Part shown: piece after piece, positions 37,345-50,724 of the stretch
Numbering within the stretch: the first letter of the stretch is position 1
Layout: each line of letters opens with the position of its first letter
From: Octopus sinensis
Taxonomy: Eukaryota
Assembly (NCBI RefSeq): GCF_006345805.1
Contig: NC_043019.1
Span: forward strand, 24,861,360 to 24,925,359
Direction of reading: 5' to 3'
Length of the DNA: 64,000 bases
Made by a program: the position numbers and the translations under genes
Notes under the pieces: model-generated
Seen by the model: the letters and a program-made list of their open reading frames with translations, nothing else
The model's database searches: none
What the model was told of the DNA's origin: nothing

Positions 37345-37634
37345 TGAGAAAGAAGAAATACTGGCGCAGTGCAGTGTTGTTAGTGTTAAGTTCTTGGAAT
37401 TACTGCGATGAAAATACTCTTGGAGAAGCGGTACTTATCAAAGAGCATTCTGACGTCTATGTTCTTCTCATCGGACCGGAACCGGATTCTACCCAAATAG
37501 TTTGCTTCTCGAGCCTGGCATCGCAACCTATTCAAGACCACTACATCAGACTCCCGGATTCGGAGACTCTAAATAAGTTCATTGCAAAAGTTCTTGTAGC
37601 CCAGTTCAAAAACACGTTCTGTTACAATCAATGA
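37345..37634 (+). CDS. Terminal coding exon: C-terminal half of the VWA domain, stop TGA at 37632-37634
   Basis: Acceptor tttattttctttttctaattttag. Phase 1 joins the 20812 donor to give A|TG (NTT-M-RKKKYW). SAVLLVL...EAVLIKEHSDVYVLLIG...SLASQPIQDHYIRLPDSETL...FC fits the VWA C-terminal pattern (A..LK....vf.iG...lAS.P...h.f.v.df..L). ATTAAA at 37678. Confidence 0.85.
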
Positions 37635-38348
37635 AGATGGCGACATCATCTCCGGCCATAACGCTTGAAATCATAACATTAAACAGAGGTTTCTAAACAT
37701 TTTGTTATTCTTCAGTAAAAAAAAAACTAAAGCTTCTATAAACTGCCGAACTGAAATATATCAATGTACAGCTTAATGTGTATTTGATGTTCTGCTCTTT
37801 TCTGTAGGTGTTAGACATTTTAGCAATGGTGGGCAGTTCATGAACTTCCTAGAGATTTTGCTAAAGACGAGACCAATTTTCATACAGTGTTTTATCGACT
37901 TATTTGATTATGATCTCTGATTAAGTCTACTTCCAGATCACTATCGAAGCCTTTCTTCCCATATTGGTTTTATTTGCTCCTTTTACGAGAGTTTATATTA
38001 ATTATTATATTTCTGCTTTTTGTGTGACAAACCAACGACCTTCTCATTCAAGTCCCCGGCTTGACAAGATTACAAGGTTCGATTCTTGGTCGTTGCTATT
38101 GTTTATCTCTGGAGATAACTTTGGAAATGGAGGAAGGCAACAGCCTCATATCCTTCAATGTTTGCTCTGTAATATGTGAAAATTGAGTTTATTCAACAAA
38201 CTATTGTACAGTTTTCTTCAGATTGTAACATATTAGCTTCAGTAAAGTTTGAAATCAAGACCATATTGCCAGTCGTTCAGTTTCTTAACAGAACGCTCAT
38301 TTATCAGCAACTCGCATACATATTCATAGACAAACATAGTTAACCCCT

Positions 38349-38680
38349 TAAAAAAAAAAAAAGACTCCGCCGGTTACGACGACGAGGGTCCCAGCTGATA
38401 CGATCAACGGAACAGCTTGCTCGTGAAATTAACGTGCAAATGGCTGAGCATTCCACAGACACGTGTACCCTTAACGTAGTTCTCGGGGATAATCAGCGTG
38501 ACACAGAGAGTGACAAGGCTGACCCTTTGAAATACGAGTACAACTCATTTTTGCCAGCTGAGTGGACTGGAGCAACGTGAAATAAAGTGTCTTGCTCAAG
38601 GACACAACGCGTCGCCGGGAATCGAACTCACAACCTTACGATCATGAGCCGAATGCCCTAATCACTAAGCCACGCGCCCT
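38349..38680 (-). mobile_element. SINE D with 14-bp target-site duplication and T-rich 3' end
   Basis: TSD CATAGTTAACCCCT at 38335-38348 and 38681-38694. Confidence 0.92.
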
Positions 38681-39160
38681 CATAGTTAACCCCTACACTT
38701 ATACACACATACAATGCTTGTTTTAACAGGATATTTGTGTTAAATTACTGCTTATTACAAATGACACGCGATGGCGGAATCGTTAGCGCATCAAGTAACA
38801 AAATGCTAAGGGGCATTTTTTCCGGCTCTTTACGTTCTGGGTTCAAATTCCGCCGACGTTGACTTTGCCTTTCACCCTTTCGGCGTCGATAACGTATGAC
38901 CTAATAGAACTCGGCTGTTATCTCTACCATATCAAGCGAGCACGTAGATTCCTCCTCTTTAGTCCTTTATTGTTAGTTGTTCCAGATAGAACACAAATGA
39001 TAATAAAGTCGCTCCAGATATGATCCTCACACACAGACCATCTCTATTTTCTAATGTGTCCTTTCGTTTTTAAGAAATCTTCTCTGCCGAGAACATCTAT
39101 ACACTAAAATATGTAAAACTTTAAGGTGTGTTTTTATACCCTCCAGTCACAAAAGAGCTC

Positions 39161-39199
<39 letters not shown>

Positions 39200-39370
39200 G
39201 TTTGGCTTTTGCTTTGTATTTGTACAAGTTGACTTCAAGTCTCACACAGAGACCTCACGAGACATCAAATTAGAAGTTCAAGTTCGTGCTAGGCTTAGGG
39301 TGCCATATATTTGGTTTTGCACAAAGTATAGTTCTAGAGAATGCCTGTAAAAAACATAAGTATATTAGAT
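39200..39370 (-). mobile_element. Family G (about 170 bp), putative Dong-like LINE 3' end flanked by (TAA)n
   Basis: Related copies at 40533-40703, about 46575-46740 and about 47330-47497, all adjoining (AAT)n; GAGGTCTCTG(G)GTGAGACTTG-type motif; no coding remnant. Confidence 0.45.
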
Positions 39371-39390
39371 TGTTATTATTATTATTATTA

Positions 39391-39425
<35 letters not shown>

Positions 39426-39890
39426 TATTATTATTATTATTAACTTTGTTCAATCACTACACTGTTCCATAAAAGGAAGATTTGTATTTCAGGTGTTATT
39501 TAAAGAGAGTGAGACTCCGAAAATATACCAGACTGAGGGATTCTTCTGTGAGAGGACTGTTAAATGTTTTCGAGTTGTTTTCTAAATATATTGCTGTATC
39601 CGGAATTTCCTAGAGTCGTTTTCTCTGTCATTTCTCTTGTATTATTAAACCACTCGAAGGCAGCAATTCGGTAGAATCGTTTACGCACCAGACAAAACGC
39701 TTAGCGGCATTTCTTCCCGCTTTGCGTTCTGAGTTCAAATGCCGTGATCTCGACCCTACCTTTCCTAGTTTCGGGGTCAATGAAATAAGTACCAGTTGAG
39801 CCTCACCTATAAAATTTCAGGCCTCGTGCCTATAATAGAAAGGATTATTAACTACTCGACTTTAGAATCCATACATTTAACACACTGTCA

Positions 39891-39985
<95 letters not shown>

Positions 39986-40461
39986 AGATTATCATTTGGA
40001 ATGTGACAGTGAATGTGACAGTGTGTTAAATGTATGGATTCTAAAGTCGAGTAGTTTAATAATCCTTTCTATTATAGGCACGAGGCCTGAAATTTTATAG
40101 GTGAGGCTCAACTGGTACTTATTTCATTGACCCCGAAACTAGGAAAGGTAGGGTCGAGATCACGGCATTTGAACTCAGAACGCAAAGCGGGAAGAAATGC
40201 CGCTAAGCGTTTTGTCTGGTGCGTAAACGATTCTACCGAATTGCTGCCTTCGAGTGGTTTAATAATACAAGAGAAATGACAGAGAAAACGACTCTAGGAA
40301 ATTCCGGATACAGCAATATATTTAGAAAACAACTCGAAAACATTTAACAGTCCTCTCACAGAAGAATCCCTCAGTCTGGTATATTTTCGGAGTCTCACTC
40401 TCTTTAAATAACACCTGAAATACAAATCTTCCTTTTATGGAACAGTGTAGTGATTGAACAA

Positions 40462-40533
<72 letters not shown>

Positions 40534-40703
40534 TCTAATATACTTATGTTTTTTACAGGCATTCTCTAGAACTATACTTTGTGCAAAACCAAATATATGG
40601 CACCCTAAGCCTAGCACGAACTTGAACTTCTAATTTGATGTCTCGTGAGGTCTCTGTGTGAGACTTGAAGTCAACTTGTACAAATACAAAGCAAAAGCCA
40701 AAC
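39200..40703. repeat. Near-perfect inverted duplication (arms 39200-39893 and 40013-40703)
   Basis: Arms match in reverse complement except microsatellite length/purity and a 1-nt indel. Each arm contains element G, (ATT)n and a SINE B. Confidence 0.92.
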
Positions 40704-41130
40704 TCCCTACAAAAATTGTTCCTTTACATAGATACATATACGCACAAATACACACGCACACATATTTATGAATGTATGTATACTTATATATGTATATATA
40801 AATGTGTATATATGTGTATATACGCATATGCATATTGCTAATATTTTTTTGTTACCATGAATCGGAATAATATCTAGAAATACTTGAAAACCTGTAATGG
40901 TCGAATAACCGATCGATTCATACAAAAGCTTTAAAAATAAAACCCAAAATGTTATTTCCTAAAACTGAATCTCACAATCAATGTTATTTGTGGTCACAAG
41001 TTGGAATTTTCTATTAAGGAATTTCAAGATACCTAGCTGGTGGACATCGAACAATCTTGAATGATATTGTTAATAAGAAACAGAAAGAGTTATGGAGTTG
41101 CTAATTAAGAAAACAATTATATTTCAAGGG

Positions 41131-41273
41131 ATACAACTAGGACTTATGCTAGGAGGTGCAATAAGGAAGAGTGCATTAGCCATGCACCCTTCCTTATTAA
41201 ACAACTATTAGTGAGTTTCTGAGTAGAGATCAAACAAGTATTCGTTCATCTGGAGAAGGCCTTTAACAGGGTA
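41131..41273 (+). pseudogene. Short RT relic (RTE-like)
   Basis: IQLGLMLG followed about 35 codons later (frameshifted) by [12 protein letters not shown], compare QFGF.PG and AFVDLEKAFDRV. Confidence 0.5.
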
Positions 41274-41341
41274 TTTTACTCTGTGGTCTGATGATGATTG
41301 CTAAGTAAACTAGACGTGCATAGACAGACAGACAGACAGAC

Positions 41342-41416
<75 letters not shown>

Positions 41417-41480
41417 GATGGATGGATGGATGGATGGATAGATAGATAGACAGACAGACAGACATATGGATGGATGGATG

Positions 41481-41563
<83 letters not shown>

Positions 41564-42124
41564 GAAGACAAGTGAGTTGACAAACGAAAGAAAGTGTTCC
41601 TCAACACATTTGATTGGAGTTACATATATTGTTTAGTAACAGTTTCACCTCGCGCCATATGGCTTAAAGTTTCACGGGCTCGTAAGATAAACCCATCTCA
41701 TCAGATATCTGATGAGATGGATTGTTTACTTTGATGTTGTTACTTGTAGTAATAAACTGACGGATTCCTAGGCAACATCTATATATTTAACGCTGTTGAC
41801 ACCACCGGATTGAATGGTACTGCCCAGGTGTCGAAACCATAGTGCTATATGTTTGGCAGCGGATGATGAGAATACACATTTGTATTTGCTTGATTGTGAA
41901 TTTCTTATATCATAGTCTCCTTATTCTGAGCTGTCCTTCATTCTTGTAAAATGGATAGTGTTTGTGGATTCATAGTCTTTGGGAATCACTTACATTGGTA
42001 TTGGTTGGTTTTCTTCATAGGAAATCTTATTAGGCTTAGACAATGCTTATTGATGCCTAGTCTTGGGAAGTTTCTGTAACCTTATATATTATATATATAT
42101 ATGTATGCATGTATATTATATATA

Positions 42125-42166
<42 letters not shown>

Positions 42167-42169
42167 ATG

Positions 42170-42214
<45 letters not shown>

Positions 42215-42229
42215 TATATATATATTTAA

Positions 42230-42506
42230 ATAGGTGAATGAATTATCCTATGTTTATCGTCAGCATGGAAAATTCGTTTAACCGAAACCTCGGTAGCAAA
42301 TTCACGTCAGAAACACGGTTGAAGCGACCTGTCCAAGGGTAAAAACTCCGGGTTCATGTGCAGAAATTTGTGTGTTGTATATGAATAAATGAAAGAATGG
42401 AGTCGAACGAAGATGTTAACAAAATTCCTTTACTCTCGACATATGTTTCGAAGACAACATGTTTTCATTCCAAAGGAATAAAGGGTGCATATATATAATC
42501 AGAAAA
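42230..42506. mobile_element. Second copy of repeat J with damaged hammerhead (42433-42506, minus)
   Basis: Retains GAAACAUAUGUC, but the core reads CUGAUUA and the 5' arm of helix II is deleted. Confidence 0.6.
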
Positions 42507-42753
42507 TGGAGAAAATCTCAGATTAACAATCACATCGATTGGACCACATTTAAAGCTTATTCTTTAATGTGTTTTCTCCATTTTCTGATTATTTGCATTG
42601 GTTCCTGATCAACACTTTTTTTATCCTGTTGTTACCTGCACTCTTCATGTATGGTGTGCCTGCACATCAATGCCCGGAGATAACCCGGGTAACCGATAGA
42701 ATATACGGATATTTTATCCCTTTGTCGGTTATTTTAACCGCTAACTCTGTTGA

Positions 42754-42789
<36 letters not shown>

Positions 42790-42795
42790 TTATAT

Positions 42796-42863
<68 letters not shown>

Positions 42864-42869
42864 TTATAT

Positions 42870-42954
<85 letters not shown>

Positions 42955-43143
42955 CGTGTTTTCATGTGCTACTAACTGCTTCATATGTTTGAGATATTTC
43001 TCAACATCTGAAACTATTAGTAGCACATAAAAACATGCATTGTGTCTATTAAATAATATTTATCTCTCACCAGATGGAGTACTTTTTGTTGTTGATCTTT
43101 ATATATAGATATATATATGTGTGTGTGTATATATATATGTATG

Positions 43144-43188
<45 letters not shown>

Positions 43189-43302
43189 GTATGTATATAT
43201 ATATGTATATATATATATACATATGCATATATATATATGTGTGTGTGTGTGTGTATGTATATATATATGTATATATATATATGTATGTATATATATATAT
43301 AC

Positions 43303-43342
<40 letters not shown>

Positions 43343-43365
43343 GTATATATAATATATATATATAC

Positions 43366-43423
<58 letters not shown>

Positions 43424-43428
<5 letters not shown>

Positions 43429-43606
43429 TAATCCAAACAAGAAAACAAAAGACAACAACGCAAGGATGTGGAACAAATAAAGTATTATTGGACGCTCAGG
43501 AAAGAAGGGAAGAAGGAGGGTTTGACGGTTCGAGCGGAGCTCTTCGTCGGAAACATAGGAGAAAGAAAGATCCCGAGACGGGAGGACAGAGGGAAAAAAA
43601 ATCCTA
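43424..43606 (-). mobile_element. Family E second subfamily with hammerhead-like motif (43520-43554)
   Basis: Minus strand GUUU-CCGACGA-A-GAGC-UCC-GCUC-GAACCGUC-AAAC. Confidence 0.6.
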
Positions 43607-44127
43607 TCAGTGACTAATTTTCAGAGTTAATCTTATTTAAGCCAACCCAAGTTGACCTTCTTCCCCAGTTAGTGACAATATTCAATTTTAATGCTGAAAA
43701 TATGTCTGTGAGATTCACTGAGAGGACCAGGTATACAAAAATTAAACTGTGGACAGAAAATTCCTAAAACTTGTTTTACCACGTAATGTATGTGGGAGGT
43801 AGTTCTGACCTTGACAAATCTGTACTTGGTGTCCTTGACATTGGCAGTCAAAACATCTCAAATGGCCATAATTCACTGCACAAAATAATTGCCACATCTA
43901 CAAACACAAAACTTTAGTAGTACAGACACACAAAACTTTACGCAAACACACATATTCAAACTTAGAGAGCGTTTTCTAAATATATACTCCTAGATAAACA
44001 GAGTCACTGGACTGTATGCAGACTCGTACAAACAAAAGTCACTTTACACCCACATGCACGTGTGAATACATATACTAACAAACGTATAGTTACACAAGCA
44101 GCTGGATTCGTAATAGCAATAGTGATG

Positions 44128-44158
<31 letters not shown>

Positions 44159-44366
44159 GTCTTTCTACTAAAGGTACAATGTTGGGGAAGCGGTAAATTG
44201 ATCACATCGACCCCACCCCAGTACTCAACTGGTACTTAATTTATCAATCTTGAAAGGATGAAAGGCGAAGTCGACCTCGGCGGAATTTGAACTCAGAACG
44301 TAAAGACGAGTGAAATGCCGTTAAGTTTTTTCCTCGGTGTGCTAACGATTCTGCCAGCTCGCCGCC

Positions 44367-44442
<76 letters not shown>

Positions 44443-44443
44443 C

Positions 44444-44528
<85 letters not shown>

Positions 44529-44735
44529 TGATGATAACAATAATCCTTTCCACTAAAGGCACAAGGCCAGAAATTTGGCGGAGGGGACTAGGCGATTACA
44601 TCGACCCCCAGGGTTTCACTGGTACTCAATTTAACGACCACGAAATAATAAAAGGCAAAATCGACCTCGGCGAAATTTGACGGGCGAAATACCACTAAGT
44701 ATTTCGTCCAGCGTACTAACGATTCTACCAGCTCA
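44159..44735 (-). mobile_element. Two SINE B copies separated by (AAT)n
   Basis: B cores at about 44159-44367 and about 44545-44735. Confidence 0.8.
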
Positions 44736-45368
44736 TCGATAACAATAATACAAGCATACATGCATACATACATGCGTACATACATACATGCATGCATACA
44801 TACATACATACATACATACATACATGCATACATACATACATACATGCATACATACATACATACATACATACATACATACATACATACATACATACATGCA
44901 TACATACATACATACATACATACATACATACATACATACATACATACATACATACATACACACATGCACTCACAGGTACACGAACACAAACTCATATATA
45001 CACATATTTGCAGATGTATAGAGATGATGGAAGGTCAATGGATGGAATTGAATGACAGAGAGTGGGGCTGAAGGAGAGGAAAGAGAAGGAAGAGACAGAG
45101 TTAATAGAAAATATCACCAAATCCCGAAAATTGGCTAAAATATATCAATTCATTCAAATCCATAAAGAAAAAGTGCACCGCTTTACTCTCATGATATATG
45201 TGGAATCTGAAAGAAGGATGAGTAAACCTTATCAGAATAAAATGTCCAGAATAAGAGAAGCAAAATGTACACGTGTTCACATGGGAGAAAATGTTGTCTT
45301 TATTTTCAAAAGCACATTTTCTCGGATATTTTGGAATTACCAACAGTATAGGTGCAGGAGTGGCCATA

Positions 45369-45790
45369 GGCGCAGGAGTGGCTGTGTGGTAAGTAGCTTG
45401 CTAACCAACCACATGGTTCCGGGTTCAGTCCCACTGCGTGGCATCTTGGGCAAAGTGTCTTCTGCTATAGCCCCGGGCCGACCTATGCCTTGTGAGTGGA
45501 TTTGGTAGACGGAAACTGAAAGAAGCCTGTCGTATATATGTATATATATATATATGTATGTGTGTGTTTGTGTGTCTGTGTTTGTCCCCCTAGCATTGCT
45601 TGACAACCGATGCTGGTGTGTTTACGTCCCCGTCACTTAGCGGTTCGGCAAAAGAGACTGATTGAATAAGTACTGGGCTTACAAAGAATAAGTCCCGGGG
45701 TCGATTTGCTCGACTAAAGGCGGTGCTCCAGCATGGCCGCAGTCAAATGACTGAAACAAGTAAAAGAGTAAAAGAGTAAAGAGTAGAGTA
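45369..45790 (+). mobile_element. SINE A, full length, preceded by a duplicated 18-nt head
   Basis: TAGGTGCAGGAGTGGCCA (45349-45366) directly precedes TAGGCGCAGGAGTGGCTG. Confidence 0.92.
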
Positions 45791-46060
45791 AGTGCAGGGT
45801 TCTTCCTTATTAACATGAGAAAAATGTCTAAGAATGATTGCACCTGAAAACCATAACAATACTACCAAACACACTCCCTCTAATACATGCACACAAATAC
45901 GTTACACATATATAAGGAATTATCTTTAAAACGATGATATATTCCATCAAACCGGAAGTACATATCCTGAGATATCCACTGCATTATGTAAATAGTCGCA
46001 TCATCTTCCAAATGATAATCTTTAATAATAATAATAATAATATAATAATAATAATAATAA

Positions 46061-46090
<30 letters not shown>

Positions 46091-46091
<1 letters not shown>

Positions 46092-46508
46092 GACCTTAAC
46101 CAGTTGAGCATGTCTCTTAGTTGCTGACGATATGTGCATCTCTGATCACGTGCAGAAGTAGTGGGGGAGCATCATAGCCATGTGTTGAGAGGGATTCTTT
46201 GGGGTTTGAATAATTCACCTATGGAAACATGGTTGGTTCTTTCAACATCCTTAAACAACCCTTATTCAGGGACCGCTTGAGCGGGATGGGTTACTCGATC
46301 TGAAGAAAATTCTAACTGGGCCCCCACCTGCAAGGTCATGTGCTGTTTATCTTGATATGAGATCACCATGTCGCGCACATATGGTTGTGATGCATGTGCC
46401 TGGTGTGCCCTTATCAGACGGGTAGTCATGATGGGTATATTGGGCTTCGTATATTTTACCCCAGTGTCACTTTGATGGCATGAACTGCTCTCTCACTCAA
46501 TAATAATA

Positions 46509-46554
<46 letters not shown>

Positions 46555-46792
46555 TTTTTTAAATAATAATAAAAAAAAATTTTTTTTTTAGACATTCATT
46601 AGTACAACACCAAAAACTCCCCCCAAATATATGGCACACTAGGCATAACAACAACATGAACTTCCAACCTGTTGTCTCTTGAGGTCTCTGGTGAGACTTG
46701 GAGCCAACTTGTACAAATATAAAGCAAAAGTCAAACATAGAATAATAATAATATAATAATAATATAATAATAATAAAATAATAATAATAATA

Positions 46793-46847
<55 letters not shown>

Positions 46848-47254
46848 GACCTTAACCAGTTGAGCATGTCTCTTAGTTGCTGACGATATGTGCATCTCTG
46901 ATCACGTGCAGAAGTAGTGGGGGAGCATCATAGCCATGTGTTGAGAGGGATTCTTTGGGGTTTGAATAATTCACCTATGGAAACATGGTTGGTTCTTTCA
47001 ACATCCTTAAACAACCCTTATTCAGGGACCGCTTGAGCGGGATGGGTTACTCGATCTGAAGAAAATTCTAACTGGGCCCCCACCTGCAAGGTCATGTGCT
47101 GTTTATCTTGATATGAGATCACCATGTCGCGCACATATGGTTGTGATGCATGTGCCTGGTGTGCCCTTATCAGACGGGTAGTCATGATGGGTATATTGGG
47201 CTTCGTATATTTTACCCCAGTGTCACTTTGATGGCATGAACTGCTCTCTCACTC

Positions 47255-47311
<57 letters not shown>

Positions 47312-47496
47312 TTTTTTAAATAATAATAAAAAAAAATTTTTTTTTAGACATTCATTAGTACAACACCAAAAACTCCCCCCAAATATATGGCACACTAGGC
47401 ATAACAACAACATGAACTTCCAACCTGTTGTCTCTTGAGGTCTCTGGGTGAGACTTGGAGCCAACTTGTACAAATATAAAGCAAAAGTCAAACATA

Positions 47497-47540
<44 letters not shown>
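46091..47540. repeat. 756-bp tandem duplication of (F element, (AAT)n, G element, (AAT)n)
   Basis: F at 46091-46498 and 46847-47254 (both 408 bp); G ends at 46740 and 47497; unique parts differ by about 1 indel. Confidence 0.9.
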
Positions 47541-47568
<28 letters not shown>

Positions 47569-47871
47569 TTCCTTTATTTCTATTAATAATAATAATAATA
47601 ATGCCTGACTTATTACTCAGAGATTCACGTCTTGTATATATAGTCACAAGAAACAGCAGGTGCGTACAATAAATATTTATACGCGCCATTGTACCTCTGG
47701 AATTTCTTTTGTTTGTGAAAGGTAAGTCAAATGCATGTGTGCGCTTCTGCGTGCGTGCATGCATACACACACGCACACACACACACACACATACACATAT
47801 ATATATATATGTATGTATATATGTGTGAGTGTGTGTATATATGTGTATGTATGCGTATATATATATATATA

Positions 47872-47923
<52 letters not shown>

Positions 47924-48417
47924 ATGCGTGATAAAGTGCCAGTACAATGGAGGAGTCACTGAGTAATTCCCAGAGATCCAATTACTTAATCAGGATAAGG
48001 GGTAGTCCAGAGGTAGAAAAGCCATCTAGAAAGACGATCGAAATGGAGCGTATATCGAAGAATGACGGAAAGGCAATAACAGGAGTAAAGAATATATTGA
48101 TATGAAAACATGCACATACAATTTACTTGATGTAAGCAGTTCTTGTCTTTACAGCTGTTTCAAACAATCCGCGAACGGTTAATATTACAATGCATATTAT
48201 GCAAACAGGTGCAGTACTGACGCAATAAACATAAAATCAAAAATAGCATCAACTATGTTGATGACTGAGCATCTCCGTGCGACAAATTACAATATTTTAA
48301 GTAAGAATCATTATCGTAAACTCAATCTCAATATCTAAGTTTCATTCCACGAAGAAGGTTTTTGTAGTTGTTCTCATCATGTGGACAACCGGAGAAGGAT
48401 TTAGCAAATAGAGAGAA

Positions 48418-49994
48418 ACAGAAATGTCATCTTCCTACGTTAAGAAAGTTTTAACGTTAATCTTTTTTTTTTGTCTTTATTGCCCACAAGGGGCTAAACA
48501 TAGAGAGGACAAACAAGGGAAGACAAAGGGATTAAGCCGATTACATCGATCCCAGTGCGAAACTGGTACTATTAATCTATTATTTTAGCTCAGTTGCTTC
48601 CCTTAGATTAGTCAAACTTGAAATGATATGAAAATGGGAACAACTAGCAATCTCTGCATCGCTTGTATTGCTTTTCAACTCCCGATAAACTTGAAGAAGA
48701 CATAAGATGAGTGTTGTTTAAATTCGTTCCTGGTCAGCCGTGTATGGAATTAAATATATTTATTCTAGGGATCAGACTTAATGGAGTAGATTCTTTCGGC
48801 TCATGATCATAAAGTCTCAAGTTCAATTCCCTGCGGTGTGTTGTGTCCTTGAGCAAGACAAGGGGCTAAACATAGATAGGACAAACAAAGACAGACAAAA
48901 GAATTAAGTCGATTACATCGAACCCAGTGCGAAACTGGTACTATTAATCTATTAGTTTAGCTCAGTTGCTTCCCTTAGATTAGTGGACTCCACTTCACTC
49001 AGCTGGCAAAAATGAGTTTACTTTGTCACATTCTGTGTCACACTGAATCTGCTTGAGAACTACATTAAGGGTACATGTGTCAGTGGAGTACTCAGCCACT
49101 TGGATGTTAATTCCACGAGCCGGTCGTTCCGTTGATCGGAATAACTGGAATCCTCGTCGTCGGAAACGACAGTGCCACAGCTCTGTCAACAAGGACCAAG
49201 GGTGGATCCCAAGATAATCTGAGGATTGAGAAGGTTTCAGTAGCGTTTAGAATTTCGAAGAAAAAAATCTTGTGAGAGAGCAACATGAAACGAAGCTTGC
49301 ATCATTACGTTCCTGTTATACGCTTTTGAGAGATAAACCCCACACCGATTGCTCAATAAAATATCCGAAAGATTTCACCTGGAAATAAAAAAAAGGGGGA
49401 ACATTTGGCAGCGTTTGTTCATAAGTTTGAACGATCGATTAGAAGCAACTGAGCTAAAATAATAGATTAATAGTACCAGTTTCGCACTGGGGTCGATGAA
49501 ATCGACTTAATTCGTTTGTCTGTCCTTGTTTGTCCTCTCTATGTTTAGCCCCTTGTCTTGCTCAAGGACACAACACACCGCAGAGAATTGAACTTGAAAC
49601 TTTATGATCATGAGCCAAAAGAATCTACTCCATTAAGTCTGATCCCTAGAATAAATATATTTAATTCCATACACGGCTGACCAGAAACGAATTTAAACAA
49701 CACTCATCTTATGTCTTCTTCAAGTTTATCGGGAGTTGAAAAGCAATACAAGCGATGCAGAGACTGTTAGTTGTTCCCATTTTCATATCATTTCAAGTTT
49801 GACTAATCTAAGGGAAGCAACTGAGCTAAAATAATAGATTAATAGTACCAGTTTCGCACTGGGGTCGATGTAATCGACTTAATCCCTTTGTCTGCCCTTG
49901 TTTGTCCTCTCTATGTTTAGCCTCTTGTGGGCAATAAAGAAAGAAAAAAGATTAACGTTAAAACTTTCTTAACGTAGGAAGATGACATTTCTGT
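48418..49994. repeat. Diverged inverted duplication (arms 48418-48972 and 49442-49994, 469-bp spacer)
   Basis: Arms match in reverse complement with roughly 20 differences by eye. The left arm contains a 127-bp direct repeat (48486-48612 / 48858-48984). Confidence 0.92.
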
Positions 49995-50688
49995 GTGTAT
50001 TCCTACTCTGAGGAACGTCAGATGTGTTTGTGTGTTATAGTTTGTTTCTAAAATCACTGTTACAGACAACCTCACTTTAATAATAAGAAGCACTAACTAA
50101 ATTATTCTCATCTTAAGATTATGACTTATGTTAAGGTTCAAATTTCCTAAAATATTCAGTGAGCGACTGAAATTTTTAATTATATAAAATAGTCATTCAT
50201 TGTGTTTTATGTAGGACTAAATTTTATTCGAATCAAAGTTCTAAGAATTGTCCAAAACTTCATTTTCCTAAGACTAACGCCAGCTGTAATTCATAAACTT
50301 ATTCTAGTAATTAATGCTAAAAGGACTTCCCTAATGAGCGAGGTCACAAATTCCCTTTGTCTATGGAATGTATGACTGCATACATTGTCCAAGTGTCCAG
50401 CATCGGTGTAAATCTCTTGAAATAAAACAACGCTCCTTAGAGTACCTCATTACAGCGCGGAAGCATTCTATAGCAGTGGAATGCCAGGCTGTGGCAGCAT
50501 GCTTTGAAATTCTTGAACCAGCAGACAGAAGACTTCGGGAATATAAAAGACAATGAACTGCTTATCCTCTTTATTCTTGGAAATTCATGTTTTTTTAAAA
50601 AAAAAATAGTTATTTGCATTGCAGACTGAGACAATCACGCAATTAGATATATATACGCATGCATAAAATTAAACACTTTGGCATATAC

Positions 50689-50699
<11 letters not shown>

Positions 50700-50724
<25 letters not shown>

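Noticed and set aside
46091-46498. HDV-like or twister ribozyme in family F
   Set aside because: A possible P2 pairing exists (CATGTTTC/GAGACATG), but no P3/L3/P1.1 geometry could be built.
47620-47726. Strong + strand donor AAAG|GTAAGT near 47721 with a short open frame upstream
   Set aside because: Weak acceptor, no homology, no partner exon.
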